Assembly: GCA_934162125.1 (NCBI GenBank)
Contig: CAKPHU010000001.1
Location: 121,352-185,351, forward strand
DNA from: an uncultured Bacilli bacterium
GTDB lineage: Bacteria; Bacillota_I; Bacilli_A; RF39; UBA660
Length of the DNA stretch: 64,000 nt
Direction: 5' to 3'
Both the position numbers and the translations under genes were made by a program. Below the pieces are notes generated by a model. That model was not told the DNA's origin, did no database searches, and was given only the letters and a program-made list of their open reading frames with translations. Position 1 is the stretch's first letter, and every line of letters begins with the position of its first letter. Of this stretch, positions 40,458-49,522 are shown in pieces.

Positions 40458-42500
40458 TTAATCTCTTTTAACGTATGCTTCACCTTTAACCGGTTCATTT
40501 GATACAGTTTCAGTTACCATAGTTTCTAACTCATTTGTTTGAGCTTGTACTGGTGTGGCAGCTGGACTATAAAGAGTATCTACTGGATCAGTATATTGAA
40601 CTGCTGGCATAGTAGTTGGTGCAGGTGCTGGAGTTGAAACTGGTTCATAAGCCGGAGCTTCTATTGGAGCTGGTGCAACTGGAGTAACTGGTGTCATTTG
40701 TTCTTCTTCATAAGTATCAAACTTAATAGCAGGAATTGTTTCTGGTTCTGGCATTACCACAGCATTAAAGTTTACAGCTGGTGCTGATGCCATAGTAGGC
40801 ATTTGATATTCATCTTTCTCTTCTACTATTGGAGTTGTAACTGCTGGTGTTTCTTCAGTTAAAGACACTGGTATGTTAGCTGACTCTTTTGGTTGGAATA
40901 CTTCGTTCACAGCTTCACGTACTTCATTAACTTTTCCTTTTTCGTAAACTGTTTGAGCAGAAGTTTCAATTAGTCTCATGGCATCAGCATAAGTACTTGG
41001 AGCATAAAAATCAACATTTTCTTTTTCTTTGCCAGTGTAGAATCTAACATCTTTATATTCTTCTCCAGCATAAGATACGATATTTTCTCTTAACTGTTCT
41101 AAAACTTCTTGACGCTGTAGTTTCTCAGCTTGTAGTTGGCTTCTAGCTTTTGCGACATTCTCTTTTAGTTCAGATATAGCCTCTTCACTATGAGCTATAT
41201 CTCTTCCAACGGCACCTAAGCTTTCTTGCAGGCTTTCAGCACTACTAAAGTCTAAACCATTTTTTATACCTAGAAGAGAAGTATATTTGTTTTTATACCA
41301 GTTTATGATTTCACAACAAATCTCGTCACTAAATCTTTCTATTTGCATATTATAAATTGCAAGTTCAGATTTAACTCTAGAAGTTTTAATAATTTTTTTA
41401 GCAAGTTTATCACGACGTTCTGTAAGATCTTTTAGATGTTCATATGCAAAAGGTGTTTGAATCTTTGACTCGTGTTGTCTTATTTCTTCTAAAGTTGGAA
41501 CTCTTTTATTTCCGTTGTCATATCCAATATATTCATGGCCAACTAAGAAAGATATTTTTTCTGGAGTTAATTCTTCATATAATAAAGTGTTTTTAGCTTC
41601 TTTAAATCTTCTTTCATAATCTCTTACAACCATTTCAAGAATACTTCTATCTTCAATAGTGTGAATAAATGCATCTTTCTGTTTGTCAGTGTGTAAGGCA
41701 ACTAGATTTCTAAGATCTTCAGGTAACTGATATGGGTTTGATACAAATAATGTAGTTCGAACTGGGGACTGCAACATAAGATCTCTTTGAGCACCATAAT
41801 TAGCTACCATTCTAGCCATTTTATCGGCTTTTTCTGGATCGTTTGCGAATTGAGCTAACATCTCCGCACCTTTTGAAACATCTATACCATTAGTTAAAAT
41901 CATTTCATAATAAGCTGGGTTTCCAGTCTTTTCGGCAAGAGATCGTCTTATTTCTTCTGGAGTACGAGTTGCGATAGCATCAATTTCAAATTGAAGACTT
42001 TCTCTATCTCTAGCTATTGCTTGGAAAACATAGCCTGTTTTCTCATCATACCTATTTAATTCAGATTGGAAGTAATTTCTATCACGTAATGCTTCTCTCT
42101 TAGCTTCAGGAGTTTCGGCTGTTACACTTTTAGTAATACTTTCTCTTAATCTAGCTTCTAGAACAGTTTTAAGTTCACGAGCCTCACGCTCACGAGCAGT
42201 AATTTCATCAATACGAGGTTGGAATTCAGCTATTTTTTCTTGATTATAGGCTCCTAATTCTTCAGGTGTCATAGCTTTAATTCTAGCATAGGCAGGTAGT
42301 CCTACCATGTTATTTAGGCTATTCCATCTATCTCTAAGAAGACCTCTTTCTCTTGTAGCTTCTGCAATTATTCTTACATCTTCTTCAGTTTTCTGACGTT
42401 TGCTTTCATGTTCAGAAATTCTGTCATCTAAAGCTGTGACCTGGTCTTGAAGTTCAGCCATTTCACGTTCAAACATTGTTAAGAATTCTTCTTTAGTCAT
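40458..42500 (-). CDS. Hypothetical 680-aa protein with an Arg/Glu-rich coiled-coil N-terminal half and a Pro/Ala/Thr/Val-rich disordered C-terminal tail
   Basis: No enzymatic motifs. Composition is seen directly. Translationally coupled to an upstream 47-aa micro-ORF. Confidence 0.5.
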   Translation of the reverse strand: MTKEEFLTMFEREMAELQDQVTALDDRISEHESKRQKTEEDVRIIAEATRERGLLRDRWNSLNNMVGLPAYARIKAMTPEELGAYNQEKIAEFQPRIDEITAREREARELKTVLEARLRESITKSVTAETPEAKREALRDRNYFQSELNRYDEKTGYVFQAIARDRESLQFEIDAIATRTPEEIRRSLAEKTGNPAYYEMILTNGIDVSKGAEMLAQFANDPEKADKMARMVANYGAQRDLMLQSPVRTTLFVSNPYQLPEDLRNLVALHTDKQKDAFIHTIEDRSILEMVVRDYERRFKEAKNTLLYEELTPEKISFLVGHEYIGYDNGNKRVPTLEEIRQHESKIQTPFAYEHLKDLTERRDKLAKKIIKTSRVKSELAIYNMQIERFSDEICCEIINWYKNKYTSLLGIKNGLDFSSAESLQESLGAVGRDIAHSEEAISELKENVAKARSQLQAEKLQRQEVLEQLRENIVSYAGEEYKDVRFYTGKEKENVDFYAPSTYADAMRLIETSAQTVYEKGKVNEVREAVNEVFQPKESANIPVSLTEETPAVTTPIVEEKDEYQMPTMASAPAVNFNAVVMPEPETIPAIKFDTYEEEQMTPVTPVAPAPIEAPAYEPVSTPAPAPTTMPAVQYTDPVDTLYSPAATPVQAQTNELETMVTETVSNEPVKGEAYVKRD

Positions 42501-42636
42501 TTGTTCTAACCTCCTCTAGTCTATCTAATAAATCTTCTAATTCACTAACGGAAAGTTCAGAAAAAAGTTGAGTTAATTCTTCTTTACTTAAGGCTAGTAG
42601 TTTTTCCATAGTTTCACTACGTCCAGTTTCATTCAT
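42493..42636 (-). CDS. Micro-ORF of 47 aa (MNETGRSETMEKLLALSKEELTQLFSELSVSELEDLLDRLEEVRTND), acidic and helical, whose stop overlaps the start of the 680-aa gene (ATGACTAA)
   Basis: RBS AAAGGAG 8 nt upstream. A consensus promoter (TTGCTT, 17 nt, TATAAT; -10 at complement 42693..42698) lies upstream. Not in the ORF track because it is under 60 aa. Confidence 0.4.
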   Translation of the reverse strand: MNETGRSETMEKLLALSKEELTQLFSELSVSELEDLLDRLEEVRTND

Positions 42637-42692
42637 ATTTACAACTCCTTTGTATTTTTAGATGCCTTCTTACTATCATCTATTCTATGTTA

Positions 42693-42721
42693 ATTATAGA
42701 CTTTTTTAATGATAAAAGCAA
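42693..42721 (-). promoter_or_regulatory. Sigma-A-type promoter (TTGCTT, 17 nt, TATAAT) for the micro-ORF/680-aa unit, located just downstream of the addA stop
   Basis: The -10 is complement(42693..42698) and the -35 is complement(42716..42721). Confidence 0.5.
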
Positions 42722-42727
42722 GATATT

Positions 42728-45700
42728 TTACATGACCTTACGGGAGATAGAATCAGTTATAGAATATAGGTAACAACTAACAGGTTTATTAGTAAGACTT
42801 GAAATAATACGACTATAACCATTTAATTGTTTGTCATAGGCTTCATCAAAGATATTTTTTAGTTTGTAGTCAACAATAATTAAATGAGTTCCGCAATCAA
42901 TAAGGAGATCAATAATACCATGTTCTAGAGTATTGTCTTCTTCATAAATAAATTCATATTCTTTATAGAAGGCAGCATTCTTATTTTCTTTGATTAAATC
43001 CCATTCTAAGAACTTAGTAATCTTTGGGGCAATATTAGCTGGAATATTTTCTAAAGCAGTATTAGTAAAATCTAGAGTCTCAAGACATTCATGTACTTTA
43101 GTACCATATTCCATTAGTTCTTTTTCTTCTTTCGTTATTAGATGAAGACTCTCTTTAGAAAAATGACTTTCTGTTAAAGTCTCTTTTGGAAATTCTAACT
43201 CTTCTACTTTAAGAGGAGAAATATTGGTATTTAAATCAAAAAGAGCTTTATCTTTATTTAATAAATAGTCTTTAGAGATAGTTAAATCAACCTTTGTAAC
43301 ATAAGGTAGAAGAATGGTATAGATACTTTTCATAATACTTAAGAAACTATTATATTTACTTCTTTCATAATAAGGGACTACGTCAGATACTTCTTTAGTT
43401 TCTTCTTGTTCTGGTATGACAATAATCATCTTTTCTTTAGCTCTAGTTAAGGCTACATATAAAAGTCTTATTCTTTCAGATATTTCTTCTTCACGAGTAG
43501 CTTTTTTAGTAAGAGTTTTTAAAATAGTGTCTTTATAGTAACCATTTACATAGGGAAGTAAGAGACCATATTTGTTATCGAAAAGAATTTTTTCTTTTAG
43601 TTCACTTAAGTTAAAACGGCCAAAGAAAGAAGCAAAGTAACAGATTGGAAATTCTAGACCTTTAGACTTATGAATAGTCATTATTTTACAGCTATTTTGA
43701 CTAGATTCATTGATAGAGAACTTTAAGTCAAATGAGCTCTCCTCTACTTCATCAAGATATGTAATGAAATCATAGATAGTGTTACCTTCAAGAGAATAAT
43801 TACTAATTAAATTATAAATGTATTCACATCTTGTACGGTATAGAGAAACACTACCGATGGTAATTAGTTTCTTCTCATAATCTAGACTTTCTAAAACATA
43901 AAGTAAGTACTCAGAAACAGACATAAGATCCATATTTTTAATTAGAGGAAGACATGATGTATAAATAGATGATTCTTTATAAGTATTATTTACATAGTAT
44001 TTATAGATTTCTTGATCAGGAATTTTGAATAAGAAACTACGAGCTAGGGAAATAAAACTATATTTAAATTCATTGTCATAGTTATTTTTCTTGAGACAGA
44101 TCAAGAACTTTAGAAGACTCTTAATAACTAGTAAGTCATCGGCATTAGATAGTGAAGTATCTTTTAAAATACTTAGAGGGATTTGTTCATACTCAAAGAT
44201 TTTTTTATAAAGTTCAAAGTTTTTACTTTTATCTAAGAGAATAACGATATCAGAGTATTTTAAAGGACGAAGAACTTTAGTGTTTTTATCAAAGACTTGA
44301 TAGTTATTAGCCATTTTATTTTTAATATCTTCGGCAATAATAAATATTTCTTGTTCATCTTTAGTGATATTAGTACCTACAGCAGGGGTATAAGTTAAGA
44401 CATCAAGGTTATAGTCTTGAGATGTTTTACCTTCTTCGTTATAGCTCATGTTACCAAAAACCATGCGATGAGAAGCTTTATAATCAGCGCCACCTATCGC
44501 ATCATCCATAAATAGATCGAATAATAAATTGATTGAAGATAAGACTTCTTCACGAGAACGAAAATTCTTAACTAAATCAATTTTAATGCCGGCATCAGTA
44601 TCACGATAAGAATCATATTTATTTTTAAAGATATAAGGGTTGGCGTTACGGAAACGATAAATTGATTGTTTGATGTCTCCTACCATATAGACATTGTTTC
44701 TAGATATTAGAGAAATAAGCATTTCTTGAGTATCAGAAGTATCTTGATATTCATCAACCATAATTTCTTTAAAACTGTTAGTTAGTTCTTTTCTAATGTC
44801 TTCATTTTCTTCAACGACTTTGATAGCTAAAAAAGCAATATCTGTAAAGTTAAACATCTCATGTTCAGCTTTATAAGCTGTTAGACGTTTATCTAATTTA
44901 CGTAGAAGTTCAAAGATGACAGTAGCGTTTTCTTTAGTATTTTCTATTTCCTTAATGATTTCTTCTTCATTTTCATAGATAAGAAGATCTTTTATCTCAT
45001 TAAGCAAGACAGTTAAGGTTTCTTTTAGTTCTTTACCTTCATCAGGAGTATCTTTAGGTACTGATGGGAAACGTCCTAAAAGAGAAAGCTTTAATTCATC
45101 ATAAGTCGTAGCGTTAAAGAATAGTTCTAAGTAGTCTTCTACTTTACTAGTATAGGTTCCATCAAAGTAAAGAGAAAAAGAAGTGAGTAGATCTTTAATA
45201 GAATCCTTGTAACTTAAGATTAGAGAGATGTATTCATCAACAAACTTTCTAATATTTTCAGGTGTGTAATAAGTAGAAATATAATTTTTTAAGAAAGATT
45301 CTTTATCATATTTTAAAGATATTTTTTTATAAGTATTTAGAATGTACTTTTTTAACTCTTCATCATCTTTTAGGCAGAAGTCCATAATTAACTTTTTGAA
45401 GTCTTGTTTGTATGATAAATAATTTAAATCAAATATTTCGTCTAAGATCTTTTTGGTTTCAATGTTTATAAGTACTTCATCAGTTACTTTGATGTTGTTG
45501 GTGATATTTAACTTAGTATGATATTTTTTTACGATAGCTAGAGAGAAAGCATCAAAAGTAGTAATATAGGCACCATCTATTAAGTTAGCTTCAGCTTCAA
45601 GACCAGGAGTTTTATTAATAGCACTACGAATACGTTCTTTCATTTCAGCAGCAGCAGCATTGGTAAAGGTTAAAATTAATAGTTCATTGATGTGAGTATT

Positions 45701-45835
45701 TTCTTTTAATTTACGAATAACACGTTCAGTTAGAACGGCTGTTTTACCAGATCCAGCACCTGCTGAAACAATGATGTTTTTACCCTCTTCATTAATTGCG
45801 GTTAATTGTTCAGGTGTCCAAGCCATATTATTCAC
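42728..45835 (-). CDS. addA: ATP-dependent helicase/nuclease subunit A (AddA/RexA), compact 1035-aa form
   Basis: UvrD-like Walker A (AGAGSGKTAVLTERVI) with helicase motifs. The C-terminal RecB-type nuclease motif (GIIDLLID...IIVDYK) is present. Overlaps addB by 8 nt. Confidence 0.8.
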   Translation of the reverse strand: MNNMAWTPEQLTAINEEGKNIIVSAGAGSGKTAVLTERVIRKLKENTHINELLILTFTNAAAAEMKERIRSAINKTPGLEAEANLIDGAYITTFDAFSLAIVKKYHTKLNITNNIKVTDEVLINIETKKILDEIFDLNYLSYKQDFKKLIMDFCLKDDEELKKYILNTYKKISLKYDKESFLKNYISTYYTPENIRKFVDEYISLILSYKDSIKDLLTSFSLYFDGTYTSKVEDYLELFFNATTYDELKLSLLGRFPSVPKDTPDEGKELKETLTVLLNEIKDLLIYENEEEIIKEIENTKENATVIFELLRKLDKRLTAYKAEHEMFNFTDIAFLAIKVVEENEDIRKELTNSFKEIMVDEYQDTSDTQEMLISLISRNNVYMVGDIKQSIYRFRNANPYIFKNKYDSYRDTDAGIKIDLVKNFRSREEVLSSINLLFDLFMDDAIGGADYKASHRMVFGNMSYNEEGKTSQDYNLDVLTYTPAVGTNITKDEQEIFIIAEDIKNKMANNYQVFDKNTKVLRPLKYSDIVILLDKSKNFELYKKIFEYEQIPLSILKDTSLSNADDLLVIKSLLKFLICLKKNNYDNEFKYSFISLARSFLFKIPDQEIYKYYVNNTYKESSIYTSCLPLIKNMDLMSVSEYLLYVLESLDYEKKLITIGSVSLYRTRCEYIYNLISNYSLEGNTIYDFITYLDEVEESSFDLKFSINESSQNSCKIMTIHKSKGLEFPICYFASFFGRFNLSELKEKILFDNKYGLLLPYVNGYYKDTILKTLTKKATREEEISERIRLLYVALTRAKEKMIIVIPEQEETKEVSDVVPYYERSKYNSFLSIMKSIYTILLPYVTKVDLTISKDYLLNKDKALFDLNTNISPLKVEELEFPKETLTESHFSKESLHLITKEEKELMEYGTKVHECLETLDFTNTALENIPANIAPKITKFLEWDLIKENKNAAFYKEYEFIYEEDNTLEHGIIDLLIDCGTHLIIVDYKLKNIFDEAYDKQLNGYSRIISSLTNKPVSCYLYSITDSISRKVM

Positions 45836-48152
45836 CTCCTAAGAATGATAAGTCAGTGACTTTATCTAAATATTTATAATCTTTTTCGGTCTTGTAGCAA
45901 AGGTCTTTAAAGACACAGAAACTACAAGCAGCATCTGTTCCAGCATAGATTTTAGGATTAATCTTAAAGTCAGCTTCTAGAATAGAATCCGTAGTTTTAG
46001 AAATATAATCTTTAGTATAGTTAAGTAGATTACCTAACATTTCATCATTAATTATTTTGTTTTTAGTATGATATGAGAAACCTTTTTCTTCACTATAAGC
46101 CATACTTTTAATTAGTTCACTCTTTTCATAAGTAGAATCAAAGCGACTTAGAGCAGAAATATTTTCAGTAGAATAGCCATGGAGAAGATATTGATCAGTC
46201 TTTAATTTATCAACATTCTTATCCCAGGTTGGATAGTTAAAAAGAATATTTTGATAATAGATACCAGTGAATATTGGACTTTTAATGAACTTAGAATTAT
46301 GAATTAGATATAGATAGACTGGTAATTGCATATGAAGTCCATATTTCATAGGTTCGATGTGAGTATCAATAGTACCTGTTTTGTAGTCAATAATAGAAAA
46401 ATAGGTGTCCTCTACTTTTTGATAGTACATTATTTTGTCAATTGTTCCAGTAAAGATGACAGATACTTTCTTTTGAAGGTCAACATCTAATTTCTTTTCA
46501 TGATATTCTTCGTCATAGCCTGTTAGAAGTTTTTGTTTCTTTAAGACATTTAATAATTCAACTAAGTCATTTTTAATACGAACTAGTAATAATTTTTCTT
46601 TGAAAGTTAGTTCTCTTTTAGAAAGATAGTTTTCCCATTCTTTTTCAAAAGAAAAGGAAGTATTTGTATAAAGAGATAAAATATAATGGTATAGAGATCC
46701 TACAAAAGATGGAAAACTATCAGTATAGGGTTCTAGTTTTAAAACATGACGGATATAGTATTTAAAAGCACACTCGCTATAAGCATTTAGACTGGTATAT
46801 GATAGTTTTAATGGGTATGGTAAGTTAGTAAGATATAAGTCATTATCAAGACCAGTAAAGGCATTAGAATAAGTCTTATATGGGATATGGTAAGAAGAAG
46901 CAAGTTCTTCTAAGTAAGTTGACTTTTCGTTGTATAGATTATAGAGATCTAGTTTTTCAGCTAGACGTAATTCATTATAAGTATTAGAAGCATTATAAGT
47001 ATCTGGATGAGGAGGAATTACTTCTAGAGCTAGATCGATTACTAAACTAGATTTATAGTACTTGGCAAAAGGAGTAGACAATTTATAAGATAGATATAAA
47101 TTTGGTATTTTAGATAGACAAGTAATTAGAGCTAGTTTATTTCTTTTATTTAAGTAAGAGGTAGAATACAAGTCCACTTCTTCTTTTTCTTTATCACTGA
47201 TAAAAGCAATATCTTTTTCCATCTTTGGTAGAACATCTTGATTAAAACCTACTAAGAAGACATATTCATCGGAAGAAAATGTTTCATTATATAAGTTTTT
47301 GATATTGATGGCGTTCTTTAACTTAGAAGATGAAGTATGAGTATTTTTTAATTTATCTATTAAAATAGTTTTGTATTCTTTAGTCGTACTATCAAGAGAA
47401 GAAAGATCGCCTAAGATATTCAATAATTTTTTATTAAGTTCTTTTTTAGAAGGATCTTCTAAGTCAAGAATACCATCATTTAGATAATCTTTAATTACTT
47501 TTGTACTGTAAATGGAATATTTAAAATCTAAATTAAGAGGTATTTTATAGTAAGCAAAGATCTTTTTTAAAGGATAAAAGTATTCTTCTGTTACATTAGT
47601 TAAATATATTTTATTTAGAGGAACATTCTTTTTAAGTAGATCAATTATTGATAAGGCAACATGATTTATTTCTTCTTCAATAGTTTGACATTCAACAATT
47701 GGATTAGTAATTTTTATTTTCTCATCATAGATTAAAGTAGTATTTAACATTTTTTCTTCATAAAGATCTAGAGCATAAAGATTTTCTATTTTTAAGTCTT
47801 TAGTATTTAAATATTTTTGATAAGACTTATTGTAGACTAAGAGATGGTTTTCGATTAGTTCTTTTTTTAAATCTTTTAAAAAGTTTAACTTAGGACTTTG
47901 ATAAGTTTTGTTTTCATCAATTACGTAAAGATTTTTTAAATATATTTTACAAACATCAATATTATAATGATATTTTTGCATTAGATAATAATATGATTTT
48001 TCATCATAAGAAAAATAATAAATACTTTTGTATTCTTCTTTAGTTAAGTATTTAATATCTTTTAGAGAAGTAGATTCTCTTAATAATTTATTTTTAGTTT
48101 CTGTTGGACAAATTAAGAGTGTACTTTTTATTGTTGTCATGTTTATCACCAA
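45828..48152 (-). CDS. addB: ATP-dependent helicase/nuclease subunit B (AddB/RexB), short 774-aa form
   Basis: Position upstream of and overlapping addA. The C-terminal nuclease/Fe-S-like Cys cluster (CSFCVFKDLC) is present. The N-terminal inactive-helicase region is degenerate and shortened. Confidence 0.65.
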   Translation of the reverse strand: MVINMTTIKSTLLICPTETKNKLLRESTSLKDIKYLTKEEYKSIYYFSYDEKSYYYLMQKYHYNIDVCKIYLKNLYVIDENKTYQSPKLNFLKDLKKELIENHLLVYNKSYQKYLNTKDLKIENLYALDLYEEKMLNTTLIYDEKIKITNPIVECQTIEEEINHVALSIIDLLKKNVPLNKIYLTNVTEEYFYPLKKIFAYYKIPLNLDFKYSIYSTKVIKDYLNDGILDLEDPSKKELNKKLLNILGDLSSLDSTTKEYKTILIDKLKNTHTSSSKLKNAINIKNLYNETFSSDEYVFLVGFNQDVLPKMEKDIAFISDKEKEEVDLYSTSYLNKRNKLALITCLSKIPNLYLSYKLSTPFAKYYKSSLVIDLALEVIPPHPDTYNASNTYNELRLAEKLDLYNLYNEKSTYLEELASSYHIPYKTYSNAFTGLDNDLYLTNLPYPLKLSYTSLNAYSECAFKYYIRHVLKLEPYTDSFPSFVGSLYHYILSLYTNTSFSFEKEWENYLSKRELTFKEKLLLVRIKNDLVELLNVLKKQKLLTGYDEEYHEKKLDVDLQKKVSVIFTGTIDKIMYYQKVEDTYFSIIDYKTGTIDTHIEPMKYGLHMQLPVYLYLIHNSKFIKSPIFTGIYYQNILFNYPTWDKNVDKLKTDQYLLHGYSTENISALSRFDSTYEKSELIKSMAYSEEKGFSYHTKNKIINDEMLGNLLNYTKDYISKTTDSILEADFKINPKIYAGTDAACSFCVFKDLCYKTEKDYKYLDKVTDLSFLGGE

Positions 48153-48197
48153 CTTTATTATAATATAGATTAGCTATTTTAAGCAAAAAAAAAGCAA

Positions 48198-48407
48198 CTA
48201 CTTTGCTTCTTTTTCTTCTACTACTTTTTTTCCTTTGTAGCTGCCACAGTTAGAGCAAACTCTATGTGGTTTAATTACTTCGCCACAGCTTGGACATTTA
48301 GTCATACCAGGAAGTTCCATAGCATTATGACTTCTTCTCATTCTCTTTCTAGTTTTTGAAACTTTACGGAAAGGAACAGCAAACATTTGAATGTCTAATT
48401 TCATCAT
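48198..48407 (-). CDS. rpmF: 50S ribosomal protein L32 with a zinc ribbon, carrying a 9-10 aa N-terminal extension ([14 protein letters not shown]...) that mimics the L27 Prp-cleavage propeptide
   Basis: The mature-like part [18 protein letters not shown]...CPSCGE...CSNCG matches L32. The extension is preceded by GAGGAG at correct spacing, so it is translated. Confidence 0.85.
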   Translation of the reverse strand: MMKLDIQMFAVPFRKVSKTRKRMRRSHNAMELPGMTKCPSCGEVIKPHRVCSNCGSYKGKKVVEEKEAK

Positions 48408-48411
48408 ATTA

Positions 48412-48897
48412 TCACTCCTCTTTGTAATTTTCTAATAAATCAGTAAATGGATTATTTTCAATCTTGAAGTCTTCTTCACTAACCAATCTCCATCCATCCC
48501 CGTGAAATTTACTGAGATCTTTAACCTTAGTAAACTGTAAGGGGATCTCCAGTACAATATTTTCCCATAAAAACTGAAATATATCAAGTGTATTTTCATC
48601 TTTTTTGCAATTTTCTTCAAGAATATCATCATATTCGATAGTAAATGGATAAGAAACTGGTTCAAGAGAGATAGAATCAGCAATAATCATTTCACCTACT
48701 ATTTTAGCTTCAACGTAATCAGTATCTTCATCTAATGTGTCATCATCATGAGACATATAAACTTTACCAGTTACAGAAATGTTATTTAATTCTAGAACAG
48801 GGCTATCATGAAAATATTCTTTAGGAATAGTATATGTTCCAGTTATATCGATCTCTTCTTTAGTTCTACTATGTAAAAGACTTAAATCTATATCCAT
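48412..48897 (-). CDS. yceD: YceD/YlbN (DUF177) family protein, large-ribosomal-subunit accumulation factor
   Basis: 161 aa immediately upstream of rpmF, the conserved yceD-rpmF pair. The motifs VSYPF and VLEIPLQ match Bacillus YlbN. Confidence 0.75.
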   Translation of the reverse strand: MDIDLSLLHSRTKEEIDITGTYTIPKEYFHDSPVLELNNISVTGKVYMSHDDDTLDEDTDYVEAKIVGEMIIADSISLEPVSYPFTIEYDDILEENCKKDENTLDIFQFLWENIVLEIPLQFTKVKDLSKFHGDGWRLVSEEDFKIENNPFTDLLENYKEE

Positions 48898-48905
48898 TAT
48901 ATCAC

Positions 48906-49460
48906 CTACTTTGTCTCTTCTTCTACTTTTATTATACTATGATAATGAAGATTATTACTAATAGTTAAATCATGTGAGTTAGTAACCCATACACGAATTG
49001 TATAGTCAACAGTTCCTAGAGCAGGAATTGTTTCTAAGTCAATCACATTATCTTCTTTTTCATTTAAAGTAAATTCTTCAACTGGTTCTTTATTCTCTTT
49101 TAAAGCTACTTTAACAATATCTAATGGTATTTGAGATTCAGCACAACCATCTAGAGCTATTTCATTTTCATCTGGAACTAAAATCAACTTGTAGTTGACA
49201 GGAATTGTCAAGTTGTTTGTGACTGTTAAAGTATAGGCTGTTGATGATAGGCCAATAGAATCAGGTACAGGAGAAGATTTAGTTATACTAATCTTGTTAC
49301 CTTGTTTCTCATGAAAAGAAATTTCTAGAGATGCTGATGTATAGTCAGTATTTCTTTCATTTTTAAACTTGTAATATATTTTATATGTTGTAAACATGGC
49401 AAAAGCCATGATTATAGATATTATTAGAACATTTTTAATAATAAATTTCTTCATATGCAC
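48906..49460 (-). CDS. Hypothetical exported or membrane-anchored protein of 184 aa
   Basis: N-terminal hydrophobic signal/anchor. No family recognised. Confidence 0.5.
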   Translation of the reverse strand: MHMKKFIIKNVLIISIIMAFAMFTTYKIYYKFKNERNTDYTSASLEISFHEKQGNKISITKSSPVPDSIGLSSTAYTLTVTNNLTIPVNYKLILVPDENEIALDGCAESQIPLDIVKVALKENKEPVEEFTLNEKEDNVIDLETIPALGTVDYTIRVWVTNSHDLTISNNLHYHSIIKVEEETK

Positions 49461-49522
49461 TCCTCTTTTATATGATAAGCTTTTTAAATTACATAAGTCA
49501 ACTATTATTAGCGGGGAAATGA

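Noticed and set aside
40458-42500. Elevated GC of the 680-aa gene as a sign of recent horizontal transfer
   Set aside because: The GC rise is concentrated in the Pro/Ala/Arg-rich coding tracts. Similar local GC elevation occurs in other P/A-rich linkers in clearly native genes, so composition alone does not support HGT.
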